Of a stretch of 64,000 bases of DNA, positions 36,207 through 45,846 are shown in pieces. The DNA is from Myxococcota bacterium. GTDB lineage: Bacteria > Myxococcota_A > UBA9160 > UBA6930. The notes below the pieces were generated by a model that did no database searches, was not told the DNA's origin, and was given only the letters and a program-made list of their open reading frames with translations. The DNA lies in NCBI GenBank assembly GCA_036560185.1, contig DATBRS010000135.1, forward strand, positions 3,583 to 67,582, written 5' to 3'. Positions within the stretch are counted from its first letter, which is position 1; the number at the start of each line of letters is the position of its first letter. The position numbers and the translations under genes were made by a program.

Positions 36207-36770
36207 ATGCGGCGCTGGCTCCTGGATCTCCATCTGTATCTCGGGCTGTTGTGTCTGCCGTACGTCGTCGTGTTCGGCCTCAGCTCGATCCTGCTGAACC
36301 ACGGCCTGCAGCGAGCGACGAAGACGGAATGGAGCGCGCAGATCGCGCCGCCCGCGGACGCCGCCCCCGCGCAGCGAGCCGCGGAGGTGCTGCACGCGCT
36401 CGCGCTCACCGGCAACGTGCAGCCGCACACCCTGAAGAGCGCGGAGGGCGGCGCGCTCGCCTTCCGCGCGATACGTCCGGGCCGGAGTTATCAGGTGGAG
36501 CTCGCGCCGAGCGGCGCGGTACGGGTCGCCGAGCGCGACGGCGGCGTGCTCGGCATCGTGCGCGCGCTGCACGGCCTGCACGACACGCAGAGCTCGCGCT
36601 GGATGCTCGGCTGGGCGCTCTACACCGAGCTCACGACGGCGATGCTCTTGTTCTCGATCGCGAGCGGCGTGCTGATGGTGCTGCAGCGCATGAGCGGTCG
36701 CGCGCTCGCGCTCGGCGCGGGCGCGCTCGGCACCGCGGCAGCCGTCGCGCTCGGCGCGGCGATCTGGTGA
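36207..36770 (+). CDS. PepSY-associated TM helix family membrane protein
   Basis: Track ORF (187 aa). N-terminal RRWLLDLHLYLGLLCLPYVVVFGLSSILLNH, and a C-terminal second helix after LHGLH. Confidence 0.65.
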   Translation: MRRWLLDLHLYLGLLCLPYVVVFGLSSILLNHGLQRATKTEWSAQIAPPADAAPAQRAAEVLHALALTGNVQPHTLKSAEGGALAFRAIRPGRSYQVELAPSGAVRVAERDGGVLGIVRALHGLHDTQSSRWMLGWALYTELTTAMLLFSIASGVLMVLQRMSGRALALGAGALGTAAAVALGAAIW

Positions 36771-36807
36771 TGCCCTGAGCTACGCGACCCTGCGCACGAT
36801 CCACGGG

Positions 36808-37368
36808 GTGCTCGCGCTCGCCCTCGCGTGCGCGCTCGCGCTGTACGCGATCAGCGGCTGGATGATCATCCACCGCACCGGCGGGGGGGAGCCGGCCGTT
36901 CGCAGCGTCGCGGTCGAAATGGCGCCGATCGAGGGCGCGAGCGCAGACCCGGCGCGAGTGCGCGCGGCCGCGCAGCAGGCGGCTGCGCGCGCGGGCCTCG
37001 CTCGCGCGCGCACCGAGAACGCGAAGTTCGCGGACGGCGCCTGGCACGTGAAGCTCAGCCGGGTCGCGCGCTCGGCCGAAGTGACGCTCATGCCGGGCGC
37101 GGCGGAGGCGCACGTCGCCCTGCGCGACGCCACGTTCGGCGAAGGCGTGAAACGCCTGCATCGCGTCAATGCCAAGGGTGCCAGCGGAGGCAGGCTCGCG
37201 TGGGTGATCGGGATCGACGCGCTCTCGCTCGCGCTGCTCGTGTTCTCCCTCACCGGGGTGTGGATGTTCGTCGCGTTGAAGCGCGATCGCCGGCTCGGCT
37301 GGGCGCTGCTCGCGGCCAGCACGCTCTACACGCTCGGAGGAGTGGGTTGGCTCGCGCTCTCTCGCTGA
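36808..37368 (+). CDS. PepSY-TM-like membrane protein (second copy)
   Basis: Track ORF (186 aa, GTG start). The frame stays open upstream to a possible CTG at 36775 (LSYATLRTIHGVLALAL). RLHRVN and two hydrophobic helices. Confidence 0.55.
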   Translation: MLALALACALALYAISGWMIIHRTGGGEPAVRSVAVEMAPIEGASADPARVRAAAQQAAARAGLARARTENAKFADGAWHVKLSRVARSAEVTLMPGAAEAHVALRDATFGEGVKRLHRVNAKGASGGRLAWVIGIDALSLALLVFSLTGVWMFVALKRDRRLGWALLAASTLYTLGGVGWLALSR

Positions 37369-39038
37369 CCCTGGCCGCGCTCTCGCTCACCGCCGACGCG
37401 GCGGCTCACGAGGAGACGTGGCTCGCCGCGGCGGAGGCACAGGCGGACGCGCGCGCGGCCTTGACGCGCCCGGAGCCTGGCGCGGCGCTCGTGCCCCTGC
37501 GCATCGTGCTGCGCGACGCGGCGAGTGGAGCCGAGATCGCCGGCAACGTGCGCGTGACGACGGCGAGCGGCGCGCTGCTCGCGCTGGATCTCGCGGAGCC
37601 GCGGCCGTGCGAGCCGCGCCCGAACGGCTGGCACGCGACCGCTGGGGCGATCCTGCTTCAGGCGCCGCCCGAGAAGCTGCGCATCGAGGCGTTCCAGGGG
37701 CTCGAGACGACGATCAGCGCGCGGGAGGTCGATTTGTCCGCGCGCGTCCCGACGACCGTCGAGCTCTCGCTCGCGCGCTTCGCGAGCGCCGCGGAGCTCG
37801 GCTTGGCCTCGGGCAACACGCACCTGCACCTGATGGGGTGGCCGCGCGCGCGCGTCGAGGCCTATCTGCGCGACGCGACCGCAGCCGACCAGCTCGACTT
37901 CGCGTGGGTCTCGCGCCTCGAGCGCTTCGACAGCGAGGTGCCGTACACGACGAACGAGCTCACGCGCGGCGAGCTCGAGCGGCTGTCGACCGCCGCGACG
38001 CGCTTCGGCTGGGGCGAGGAGCTGCGGCACAACTTCGGCGAATACTCGATCGGCTACGGGCACGTCCTGCTGCTCGATCTCGAGCGCTTGGTGCAGCCGG
38101 TCAGCATCGGCCCCGTTCTCGCCGGCACGCCGCACGACGCGCCCGGCCTGGCGCCGGGGATGGCGGAGGCGCGCGCGCAGGCCGCGACGGTGATCTGGGC
38201 GCACGGCCAGAACGGCTACGAGGACCTGCCGAGCTGGCTGCTCGGACGCGTCGACGCGCAGAATCTGTTCGACGGCGCCGCGCCGGGAGAGGTCCTGCGC
38301 GGCGATCACGCCACCTACGCGAGCGTCTACTACCCGCTGCTCGACGTGGGGCTCGCGGTGCCCTTTTCGACGGGCACCGACTGGTTCATCGGCGATCTCG
38401 CGCGCGTCTATGTGCCGCTCGCGGGCGAGCGCAGCTCCGAGGCGTTCCTCGCGCAGCTGCGCGAGGGGCACAGCTTCATCACGAACGGTCCGCTGCTCGA
38501 GCTCGACGTCCGCGGCGAAGGGCCGGGCGGCAGCGTCAAGCTCGCGGCGCCGGGCTCCGTGCCCGCGCGTGCGCGCGCGATCGGGCGCGCGAGCTTCGGC
38601 GCGCTCGAGCTGATCGCGAGCGGCCAAGTCGTGGCGCGCGCAGACGCTCGTGCGGTCGGCGATCACTTCGAGGCCGAGCTCGCGCAGGACGTCGCGCTGG
38701 ACGAGAGCGCGTGGCTCGCGGCGCGCATCGCGCCGGGCGAGGCGCGGAACGAGTTCGGCAAGCCGCTGTTCGCGCACAGCTCGGCGGTCACGGTCGAGAT
38801 CGCCGGCGCGCGCCCGTTCCACTCCGACGTCGCGCGCGCGCTGGTGCTCGAGATGGACTGGAACGCCCGCACGATCCGCGCCAAGGGGCACTTCGCGAGC
38901 GCGGCGCAGGCCGACGAAGTGACTGCGCCCTACGCCGAGGCGATCGATGCGCTCGCGCCGCGCATGACGTGGCGCGATCGCTTGCAGGCCTTTGCGGTGC
39001 GGGTGCTGCGCACGCTGAAGGCGTGGCTCGGGCTCTGA
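37347..39038 (+). CDS. Secreted hypothetical protein, putative metal-dependent hydrolase (PHP/CehA-like His clusters)
   Basis: TTG 37347 lies 4 nt after GGAGGAG, in the frame of track ORF 36828-39038, and overlaps the upstream gene end. Signal LARALSLTLAALSLTADAAA. Candidate metal ligands are SGNTHLHL, VIWAHG, FSTGTDW and LFAHSSAVTV. The function is inferred weakly. Confidence 0.55.
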   Translation: MARALSLTLAALSLTADAAAHEETWLAAAEAQADARAALTRPEPGAALVPLRIVLRDAASGAEIAGNVRVTTASGALLALDLAEPRPCEPRPNGWHATAGAILLQAPPEKLRIEAFQGLETTISAREVDLSARVPTTVELSLARFASAAELGLASGNTHLHLMGWPRARVEAYLRDATAADQLDFAWVSRLERFDSEVPYTTNELTRGELERLSTAATRFGWGEELRHNFGEYSIGYGHVLLLDLERLVQPVSIGPVLAGTPHDAPGLAPGMAEARAQAATVIWAHGQNGYEDLPSWLLGRVDAQNLFDGAAPGEVLRGDHATYASVYYPLLDVGLAVPFSTGTDWFIGDLARVYVPLAGERSSEAFLAQLREGHSFITNGPLLELDVRGEGPGGSVKLAAPGSVPARARAIGRASFGALELIASGQVVARADARAVGDHFEAELAQDVALDESAWLAARIAPGEARNEFGKPLFAHSSAVTVEIAGARPFHSDVARALVLEMDWNARTIRAKGHFASAAQADEVTAPYAEAIDALAPRMTWRDRLQAFAVRVLRTLKAWLGL

Positions 39039-39060
39039 CCGGCGCGCGCCGACACGCCGG

Positions 39061-39309
39061 CTAGTCGCCCTCGATCGCGTCCGCGGCGTCCTTGCGCAGC
39101 TCTTCGATCTCGTCGCCGGCCTCTTCGACCGCCTCGTCGAGCTTGCGGCCCGCCTTCTCGACCGTGCCCTCGTCCCCGTGGCGCAGCTTCTCGAAGGCCT
39201 CGTCGATCTTCCGGCCGGCCTTCTCCGTCGGGCCTTCTTCCTTGCACGCGAACGCGGCGAGCGCGAGCGCGCCACAGAGCGCGATGCGAAGCAGGAGCGA
39301 GCGCTTCAT
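39061..39309 (-). CDS. Small exported/lipoprotein-like protein with internal EKAGRK(I/L)DEA repeat
   Basis: ATG 39309 follows GAGGAGG. MKRSLLLRIALCGALALAAFAC signal. Two repeats, TEKAGRKIDEAFEKL and VEKAGRKLDEAVEEA. Confidence 0.6.
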   Translation of the reverse strand: MKRSLLLRIALCGALALAAFACKEEGPTEKAGRKIDEAFEKLRHGDEGTVEKAGRKLDEAVEEAGDEIEELRKDAADAIEGD

Positions 39310-39376
39310 CGGTGCCTCCTCGATTGCGGCCCGCAAGCTTGCACGATTTCTCGCGCGGGCAAGCCGCGAGGCCCCG

Positions 39377-39823
39377 CTAATCGTGGTCGTCGCGGCGCAC
39401 GCGCCCGCGCTTCTGCTTGCGCACCGCGAGCACGCGCTTCTCGCCCAGGCGGCGCTCGCGGCTGGCGCGGGTGGGCTTCGTCGCGCGGCGCGGCCGCACG
39501 GTCGCGAGCGCCGCGGCGAGCAACGCCTCGAGGCGCAAGTGCGCGAGCTCGGCGTTGCGCGCGCGCGAGCGCGTCTCCGAGCACACGACGCGTACGCGTC
39601 CCTCGGCGTCGAGGCGCGCCGCGAGCTTCGCCGCGATGCGCCGCGCGCTGTCCGCGCCAAGCGCCCGCGCGGTCTCCGCGAGATCGAGGCACAGCTCGAC
39701 GCGCGTCTCGACCTTGTTCACGTTCTGGCCGCCCGGCCCGCCGGCGCGGCTCGCGCGCATCTCGAGCGCGCGCGCGGGAATGCGGCGTCCGCCCGAGAGC
39801 ACCAAATCGCGCGTGTCCGCCAC
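39377..39823 (-). CDS. arfB: Alternative ribosome-rescue factor ArfB (peptidyl-tRNA hydrolase, YaeJ)
   Basis: GTG 39823 inside track ORF 39377-40912. GGQ motif SRAGGPGGQNVNKVETRVEL and a basic C-terminal tail KPTRASRERRLGEKRVLAVRKQKRGRV. 148 aa. Confidence 0.88.
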   Translation of the reverse strand: MADTRDLVLSGGRRIPARALEMRASRAGGPGGQNVNKVETRVELCLDLAETARALGADSARRIAAKLAARLDAEGRVRVVCSETRSRARNAELAHLRLEALLAAALATVRPRRATKPTRASRERRLGEKRVLAVRKQKRGRVRRDDHD

Positions 39824-39846
39824 GGCCGACTCAGCTCGACCCGACC

Positions 39847-40770
39847 CTATCGGGTCGCGGGCGCCGCGCGCCCGGGCTCGCTCGCCCAATCCCGCGGCAC
39901 GAGGAAGTGCTCGGTGAGCCGCGCTTCCGGCGAGCCGGGCGCCGGCGCGTACTCGTACTCCCAACGTGCGAGCGGCGGCATCGAGGCGAGCACGTTCTCG
40001 ATGCGGCGCCCCGACTGCATGCCGTACTTCGTGCCGCGGTCGTAGACGAGGTTGAACTCGACATAGCGCCCGCGCCGGTAGAGCTGGAACTGCCGCTCGC
40101 GCTCGCTGAAGGGCGTGCGCCCGCGCAGCGCGAGGATCGGGCGATACGCGCGCAGGAACGCATCCCCGACGCTGCGCACGAACGCGAAGCAGGCGGCGAA
40201 ATCGGGCTCGGCGAGATCGTCGAAGAACACGCCGCCGATGCCGCGCGGCTCGCCGCGGTGTGGCAGGAAGAAGTACGCGTCGCACTCGCGCTTGAAGCGC
40301 GCGTAGGCGCCCGGGCCGAGCGGCGCGCAGGCGTCGCGCGCCGCGCGGTGCCAGTGCGCACAGTCCTCGTCGTGCCCGTAACAGGGCGTCAAGTCGAAGC
40401 CGCCGCCGAACCACCAGCTCGTACCCGCGCTGAACAGGCGCAGGTTCATGTGCGTGGTCGGTGCATGGGGGCTGCGCGGGTGCACGATCAGCGAGAGCGA
40501 GACGGCTTCGAAGGGCTGGCCGGCCAAGTGCGGGCGTCCCTCGGTCGCAGCGGGCGGGAGCGCCGAGCCGCGCGCGTGCGTGAAGTTGACCGCCGCCTTC
40601 TCGACGACGGGGCCGCCCTCGAGCACGCGCGGCCGCGAGATCGCGCCGCCCGGGCCCGGCAGCTCCGCGCCGCGGAACTTCGCGTCGCCGTCCTCGGCCT
40701 CGAGTGCGGCGCAGATTTGCGCCTGCAGGTCGCTCAGGAAGGCGTGCACGGCATTCGCGTCGGCGGACAT
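39847..40770 (-). CDS. hemF: Oxygen-dependent coproporphyrinogen III oxidase
   Basis: ATG 40770 inside track ORF 39847-40884. [36 protein letters not shown] and [19 protein letters not shown]. Confidence 0.93.
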   Translation of the reverse strand: MSADANAVHAFLSDLQAQICAALEAEDGDAKFRGAELPGPGGAISRPRVLEGGPVVEKAAVNFTHARGSALPPAATEGRPHLAGQPFEAVSLSLIVHPRSPHAPTTHMNLRLFSAGTSWWFGGGFDLTPCYGHDEDCAHWHRAARDACAPLGPGAYARFKRECDAYFFLPHRGEPRGIGGVFFDDLAEPDFAACFAFVRSVGDAFLRAYRPILALRGRTPFSERERQFQLYRRGRYVEFNLVYDRGTKYGMQSGRRIENVLASMPPLARWEYEYAPAPGSPEARLTEHFLVPRDWASEPGRAAPATR

Positions 40771-40902
40771 GGCGGCGCAGCTTACCTCGCGCGCGCCGCG
40801 GCTCGGTCGTCGCGGGCCGGCAGATCGCGCGCAGCACGCAGTGCGCTCGGCAGCTGGCGCCGCAGGCCGACAACTCGCGCACATCTCTTATGCTGCGCCG
40901 CC

Positions 40903-42183
40903 GTGTTCGCACCCCCCGACGCGCTGATTCCTTCGCTCGCTGCGGCCATCGGCGTGGGCGTCCCGCTGTTCGCCGCGCGCGCGCGCGGCCGGACCTACGC
41001 GCTGTTCGCGCTCGTGCTCGTGACGATCTCCTTCCCGGCGGGCGTCGTGCTCGCCGCCCGCTTGATCGAGCTCTCCGGGCCGCGCGCCGGCGCGCTGATC
41101 GGCTGGATCTTCGTGTACGGCATCGCCGCGACGGGGCTGCACATGGCGTCGCTCGTGCGCGCGCGCCTGCGGCGGCGCTGGGTGCGCTACGCGATGAGCG
41201 TGCCGGGGATGGCGATGCTCGCGCTCGGCGCGCTGGCGCTGCCCCTGCTGGTGGTGCTCGCGCCGATCCGCGGCCTGCTCGGGCTCGCGCATGCGAACGC
41301 TGCGTTGGCGGCGCTCGCCTACGCGGATTGGCTGCCGGTCGTCGCGATCGCCCACGCGCTGATCACTTCGTTCGGCGCGCGCCGCGAGTTCGTGCGCATC
41401 GATCTCGCCCAAGGCGGAGAGCCCGAGCGGCTGACGCGGCTGCCGGTGCAGCGCAGCTTCGCGCCGTTCGCGGAGCCGCCACGCCGGCCGCTGCGCCTCG
41501 TGCAGATCACCGATCCGCACATCGGCGTGTGGCAGCCGGTGCATCGGCTCGAGCGCCGCGTCGCCGAGCTCGCCGCCCACGACCCCGACCTGGTACTGCT
41601 CACCGGCGACTTCCTCACGATGGAGAGCAACGCGTCGCCCGGTGCGCTCGCCCAGGCGCTCTCGCCGCTCGCGAAGCTGCGAGGCCGCTGCTTCGCGATC
41701 TACGGCAACCACGATCACGAGGCGCCCGAGCAAGTGCAGGCCGCGCTCGCAGCGAACGGCATTCCGCTACTCGTCGACGCGGAGGCGCTGGTCGACACCC
41801 CGGCGGGTCCCGTGCAGATCGTCGGCGCCGACCACTACTGGGAGGAGCGCGAGGAACGCGTGCCCGCGCTGCTCGCGCGCTTCCCGCGCCGGCCGGGTCA
41901 CTTCCGCTTGTTCCTGCTGCACGATCCGCTCGGCTTCCGCAGCGTGCCGAGGGGCGACGTCGACCTGACACTCTCGGGCCACACCCACGGCGGGCAGCTC
42001 GGGCTCGTCTCTTTCGGCATCGACTGGACCGTGCTCTCGCGTTCGCGCTGGCCCGACCAAGGCCTCTTCGGCCACGGCGCGAGCCGCCTTTACGTGCACC
42101 GCGGCACCGGCTTCTACGGCTTCCCGCTGCGCGTCGGCGTGCCGGGCGAGCTCTCGCTGATGGAGGTGCTGCCGCGCGCGTGA
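40903..42183 (+). CDS. Membrane-anchored metallophosphoesterase (YkuE/YaeI-like)
   Basis: GTG 40903 in the frame of track ORF 39178-42183, whose first 575 aa are antisense shadow of arfB/hemF. About 5 N-terminal TM helices. QITDPHIG, LTGDF, YGNHDHE and LSGHTHGGQ. Confidence 0.8.
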   Translation: MFAPPDALIPSLAAAIGVGVPLFAARARGRTYALFALVLVTISFPAGVVLAARLIELSGPRAGALIGWIFVYGIAATGLHMASLVRARLRRRWVRYAMSVPGMAMLALGALALPLLVVLAPIRGLLGLAHANAALAALAYADWLPVVAIAHALITSFGARREFVRIDLAQGGEPERLTRLPVQRSFAPFAEPPRRPLRLVQITDPHIGVWQPVHRLERRVAELAAHDPDLVLLTGDFLTMESNASPGALAQALSPLAKLRGRCFAIYGNHDHEAPEQVQAALAANGIPLLVDAEALVDTPAGPVQIVGADHYWEEREERVPALLARFPRRPGHFRLFLLHDPLGFRSVPRGDVDLTLSGHTHGGQLGLVSFGIDWTVLSRSRWPDQGLFGHGASRLYVHRGTGFYGFPLRVGVPGELSLMEVLPRA

Positions 42184-42203
42184 GCGGAGCCGCGCGCGAG
42201 CGG

Positions 42204-43301
42204 CTACGCGAACTCGAGGATCGCGCGGCCGAAGATGCGGCCCGTCTCGAGCGCGTGGGTGGCCTCGTTGATCTTCTCGATCGGGAAGCGCTCGGTGACG
42301 AGCGCGTCGAGGTCGAGCTTCCGGCTCGTGTGCCAATCCAAAAAGATCGGGAAGTCGCGGTCCGGCTGGCACGAGCCGCCGATGCTGCCGATGAAGCGCT
42401 TCTCGTGGAGCAGCAGATCGATGGGCGGCATGGTGAGGTCGCTGGTCGGAACGCCCACGAGCACGGCGTTGCCGCCGCCCTTCCAGCCGAAGTTGGCGGT
42501 GCGACAGGCGGCGAGGATCTGCTGCATCGTCTTCGTGACGCCGATGCAGTCGAAGGCGTGATCGACGCCGGAGACCGGCGTGCCGAACATCGTGAGCTCG
42601 CCCGCGCGCGGCGTGAGCCGGTGGATCTCCGCGACCGCGTCGACGCGCGACGCGTTGAGCGTGATGGTGGCGCCGAAGCGGCGCGCGAACTCGAGCTTCG
42701 CGTCGTCGAGGTCCACGACGATCACGGGATCGGCGCCGACCTCGCGCGCCGCCGCCACCGCGGAGAGTCCGACGCCGCCGGCGCCGAAGATCGCGACGCT
42801 CTCGCCGCGCTTCACTGCGGCGGTATTCAGCACCGCGCCCGCGCCCGTCATGACGGCGCAGCCGATGATCGCGGTCACGTCGGTCGGCGCGTCGGGACGC
42901 ACCTTCACGACGTACTGCTCGTCGGCGACGGTGTGATCCGCCCAGGTGTACACGTTCTGCGAGACGGCCACGGAGCCGCCCGCGAGCGCGAGCATCGCGG
43001 GCTCGGCGAAGCGCGGGCTGTGCGGCTTGTCGCGCGGCACCCAGGTGACGAACACCTTGTCGCCCTCGCGCACGTGCTTCACCTCGCGGCCGCGCGCGAG
43101 CACCACGCCGGTCGATTCGTGTCCGAGGATCACCGGCGTCTCGCGCGGCGCATGCATCTGGTGGAGCTGGCTGTGGCACACGCCGCTCGCGAACTGCTTC
43201 ACGACGACTTGGTGCGCGCCCGGATCGGGCAGGCGCAGCTCCTGCACTTCGAGCGGGCCGGGGTTCTTCGGAAGCACGACGACGCGGGCGCGGACGCTCA
43301 T
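42204..43301 (-). CDS. Zinc-dependent alcohol dehydrogenase family oxidoreductase
   Basis: Track ORF (365 aa). GVCHSQLH, GHESTGVV, and Rossmann VAIFGAGGVGLSAV. Confidence 0.88.
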   Translation of the reverse strand: MSVRARVVVLPKNPGPLEVQELRLPDPGAHQVVVKQFASGVCHSQLHQMHAPRETPVILGHESTGVVLARGREVKHVREGDKVFVTWVPRDKPHSPRFAEPAMLALAGGSVAVSQNVYTWADHTVADEQYVVKVRPDAPTDVTAIIGCAVMTGAGAVLNTAAVKRGESVAIFGAGGVGLSAVAAAREVGADPVIVVDLDDAKLEFARRFGATITLNASRVDAVAEIHRLTPRAGELTMFGTPVSGVDHAFDCIGVTKTMQQILAACRTANFGWKGGGNAVLVGVPTSDLTMPPIDLLLHEKRFIGSIGGSCQPDRDFPIFLDWHTSRKLDLDALVTERFPIEKINEATHALETGRIFGRAILEFA

Positions 43302-43380
43302 GGCGGAACCTCCACGCGAGCTTGCGTAGCACGCGGCGCCCCCAGAAAGAGTGATCGCGTTCGCAGCTCGGCGCGCGTGC

Positions 43381-45666
43381 TCACAGCAGCGGGAGCTGCT
43401 GTGGCTCGCCGAGCGCGGCGCTGAAGCTCGCGCCGAGATCTTCGAGAATGCTCTCCGCCACCGGGCGCAGCACCTTCTCGACGTAGTGCGCGTGGTCGAG
43501 CCGCGGCGGGAGTGCGCGGCCGGGGATCACCGGCTCGGCGCCCGTCGCGGTGATCACGTAGCGGATCACGGGGCCGGGCCGGCCGCCCGCCTTGCGCGCG
43601 GCCTGGACGTGGGGCGCGTTCGCGCTGTAGCGATCGAGGCGCCCCTTGCGGACGCGCTTGCTGTACACGAGCTCGGCGTCGTGCTCGCCGCGCTTCACGG
43701 CGGCGACGAGCTCGCGCACGAACGGGGCGGGATCGCGATCGGTGAAGGCGCGCTCGAGCATGCCCTCCTGCAGGCGCTGTGCGATCGGCGGCCAGTCGCT
43801 GCGCACCGACTCGAGGCCGATCACGTGCAGCTTTCCGCCCGCCCAGCCCGCGTAGCGCTTCTTGCTGCCCGCGCGCCCGCCGCGCACCCGCGGCAGCCAG
43901 AGACGGTCGTAGAGCTCGTCGCGCTCCAGCACGAGCTGCGGCGCGACGCCGTACTCCCGGCGCACGCGGCTCGTGATCTCGTGCTCGGCGCGCGCGCGCA
44001 GCGCCTCGACGTCGGCGCCGCTCGCCTCCGCCGCGCCCAGCTGCACGAACACCGAATCGGTGTCGCCGTAGAGCACGCGCAGGCCCTGCGCCTCGAACGC
44101 CTCCTTCGTCCAGCGCAGTGTCTGCTGGCCGAAGGTGGTGATCGCGTTCGCGACGGCGGGATCGAAGAAGCGGCAGGCGGTCGCGCCGAGCACGCCGAAC
44201 ATCGCGTTCATCAAGATCTTGATGGCTTGATCGGCGTGGCGATCGCCGCGCGCCTTCGCCGCGTCGCGCCGCGACGCGAGCTCGCTCAGCAGCGCGGGCA
44301 GGATCGACTCGTCGCGCGAGAAGCGCGCGCCGTTCGGTGCGACCACGGCGTCCGCGCCCGCCCGCGCGTGGGCGAGCGGGTCGAGGCAGAAGGTGCGGAT
44401 CAAGCTCGGGTACAGGCTCTTGAAGTCGAACACCGCGACGCGCGCGTGGAAGCCTGGCGCGGGCTCGAGCAGCGCGCCGCCGATCACGCCCGCGTTCTCG
44501 CGCTCGGCGACGCTCGGCGCGACGAAGCCGCGGCGGCGTAGCTCGGGCAGATACAAGAGATCGAACGACGCGATGCTCGCGCCCACGCGGTCGAGCTGCA
44601 TGCCGGTCAGGCGGCTGCGCTCGATGGTGAGCTCGAGCAGGCCCTCGCGCGCCAGGATCTCGGGCACGAGCCGCGCGTCCTCGAGGTTGTAGGCGGCGAG
44701 CGCCTCGGGGTCCTCGCGCCAGAGGCGCAGGATCTCCGCCGCCGCGTCGGGCACCTCCTGATCGATCTTCTTGCCGCGGCCGAGCACCGAGCGCGCGACG
44801 GTTTCGAGCCGGTAGTCCGGCAGCTTCAGCGCGTCGCGCACGAGCGGGATGCCGTCGAGCACCATGCGTCCCGGCACTTCGGCGCGCGAGCGCGCGAACG
44901 GCCCCTGGTCGACGAGCAGGCGGGGCGGCTCGCGCGAGCGGCCGAGCGCGCACGGGATGCGCAGCGCCGCGCAGCGCGCGAGCAGCACGCGCAGGTCGAA
45001 GTCGACCACGTTCCAGCCGAGCAGCACGTCGGGGTCGAGCGCGCGGATGCGCGCGACCAGCGCCGCCAGCAGCGCGGGCTCCTCCGGATGCACGATCGCG
45101 CCCGCGACGGCGCGCGCGGCGACCAGGTGCACCTCCTCGACCCCGCAGCCGGCGATCGCCGCCGCGAAGATGCGGCTGGCGTCGGCGGTGGTCTCCAGGT
45201 CGAGCGACAAGCTGCGCAGCGCGACGCGCGGCGCCGGTGCCGCCGACAGCTCCGGGTTCGCGAACAGCACGAGCCCGTCCGCGCGCGGCTCGCCGCGGCC
45301 GCGAATCTCGAGCGTCGCGCGCAGCCCGCGATCGATCAGGTAGCGATACGCGAAGCGCAGGTCGGCCTCGTAGGCCGCGCCGCCCGCGCGCTCCACCGCC
45401 TCGCGCAGTGCAGGCATTGCGCCGGGCAGGTCGCCCTCGACGCGCACCACCGGGCGCGCCGCGAGGTCGCGCAGCTCGCTCGCAAGGACGCGCCCTCCTG
45501 CGCGCCGCGCCGCGTCTGCGGCCGCGGGGCTCGCGAAGAAGTATGGCTTGAAGCGATCGTCCTCGACGAGAAACGCGTCGCCGCTCTCGAGCCGCCCGTA
45601 GAGCTGCACGACCGCCCCGCCGTCGCGAACGCGGTAGGTCGGCTGAACGATGAAGCCGCGGGCCAT
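43381..45666 (-). CDS. polB: DNA polymerase II (family B)
   Basis: ATG 45666 (MARGFIVQPTYR aligns with the E. coli Pol II N-terminus MAQAGFILT). The track start TTG 45684 is probably too long. Exo and Pol motifs FDLRVLL, DFKSLYPSLI, KILMNAMFGVLG and LYGDTDSVFV. Confidence 0.93.
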   Translation of the reverse strand: MARGFIVQPTYRVRDGGAVVQLYGRLESGDAFLVEDDRFKPYFFASPAAADAARRAGGRVLASELRDLAARPVVRVEGDLPGAMPALREAVERAGGAAYEADLRFAYRYLIDRGLRATLEIRGRGEPRADGLVLFANPELSAAPAPRVALRSLSLDLETTADASRIFAAAIAGCGVEEVHLVAARAVAGAIVHPEEPALLAALVARIRALDPDVLLGWNVVDFDLRVLLARCAALRIPCALGRSREPPRLLVDQGPFARSRAEVPGRMVLDGIPLVRDALKLPDYRLETVARSVLGRGKKIDQEVPDAAAEILRLWREDPEALAAYNLEDARLVPEILAREGLLELTIERSRLTGMQLDRVGASIASFDLLYLPELRRRGFVAPSVAERENAGVIGGALLEPAPGFHARVAVFDFKSLYPSLIRTFCLDPLAHARAGADAVVAPNGARFSRDESILPALLSELASRRDAAKARGDRHADQAIKILMNAMFGVLGATACRFFDPAVANAITTFGQQTLRWTKEAFEAQGLRVLYGDTDSVFVQLGAAEASGADVEALRARAEHEITSRVRREYGVAPQLVLERDELYDRLWLPRVRGGRAGSKKRYAGWAGGKLHVIGLESVRSDWPPIAQRLQEGMLERAFTDRDPAPFVRELVAAVKRGEHDAELVYSKRVRKGRLDRYSANAPHVQAARKAGGRPGPVIRYVITATGAEPVIPGRALPPRLDHAHYVEKVLRPVAESILEDLGASFSAALGEPQQLPLL

Positions 45667-45669
45667 TTC

Positions 45670-45846
45670 GGGGACGTTCCGCAACTAAGTCAACCAACGC
45701 CAACGGAGGTGCGGGACGTGCGCTTCGCTCTGGCGCGCGGACGATCGTTCAATCCGCGCGAGCGCGTCCGGTTGCGGCCGAATCGTGGGCGCAAACAGGT
45801 TGCGTTTGTTGCGGAACGTCCCCGCTAGCGGCGTCCCCTCTAGCGG
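45670..45846. repeat. Structured intergenic block: perfect 16-bp inverted repeats 122 bp apart, nested imperfect inverted repeats, and a 2 x 15-nt tandem repeat
   Basis: 45670-45685 GGGGACGTTCCGCAAC versus 45808-45823 GTTGCGGAACGTCCCC. Central hairpin GCGCGGA-N11-TCCGCGC. Tandem CGTCCCCGCTAGCGG (45817-45831) and CGTCCCCTCTAGCGG (45832-45846). Confidence 0.85.

Noticed and set aside
39178-40902. First 575 aa of the 1001-aa plus-strand ORF 39178-42183
   Set aside because: It is antisense to the lipoprotein, arfB and hemF genes. Only the last 426 aa (from GTG 40903) look like a real membrane metallophosphoesterase.
43298-45703. 801-aa minus-strand ORF overlapping polB
   Set aside because: It is out of frame with polB, whose frame carries all family-B polymerase motifs, and its translation is Arg/Ala-rich.
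45735-45775. tRNA-like T-arm (CGTTCAATCCGCG)
   Set aside because: The GCGCGGA/TCCGCGC stem encloses an 11-nt loop, not the 7-nt T-loop. I could not find matching acceptor, D or anticodon arms.
45670-45823. MITE or other mobile element defined by the 16-bp terminal inverted repeats
   Set aside because: There is no target-site duplication at the flanks, no second full-length copy in the window, and no transposase. I kept it as a structured repeat rather than a mobile_element call.
45667-45839. SOS (LexA) box upstream of polB
   Set aside because: I looked for CTGT-N8-ACAG-type and GAAC-N7-GAAC-type boxes and found neither. The GGAAC-containing repeats do not have LexA-box spacing.
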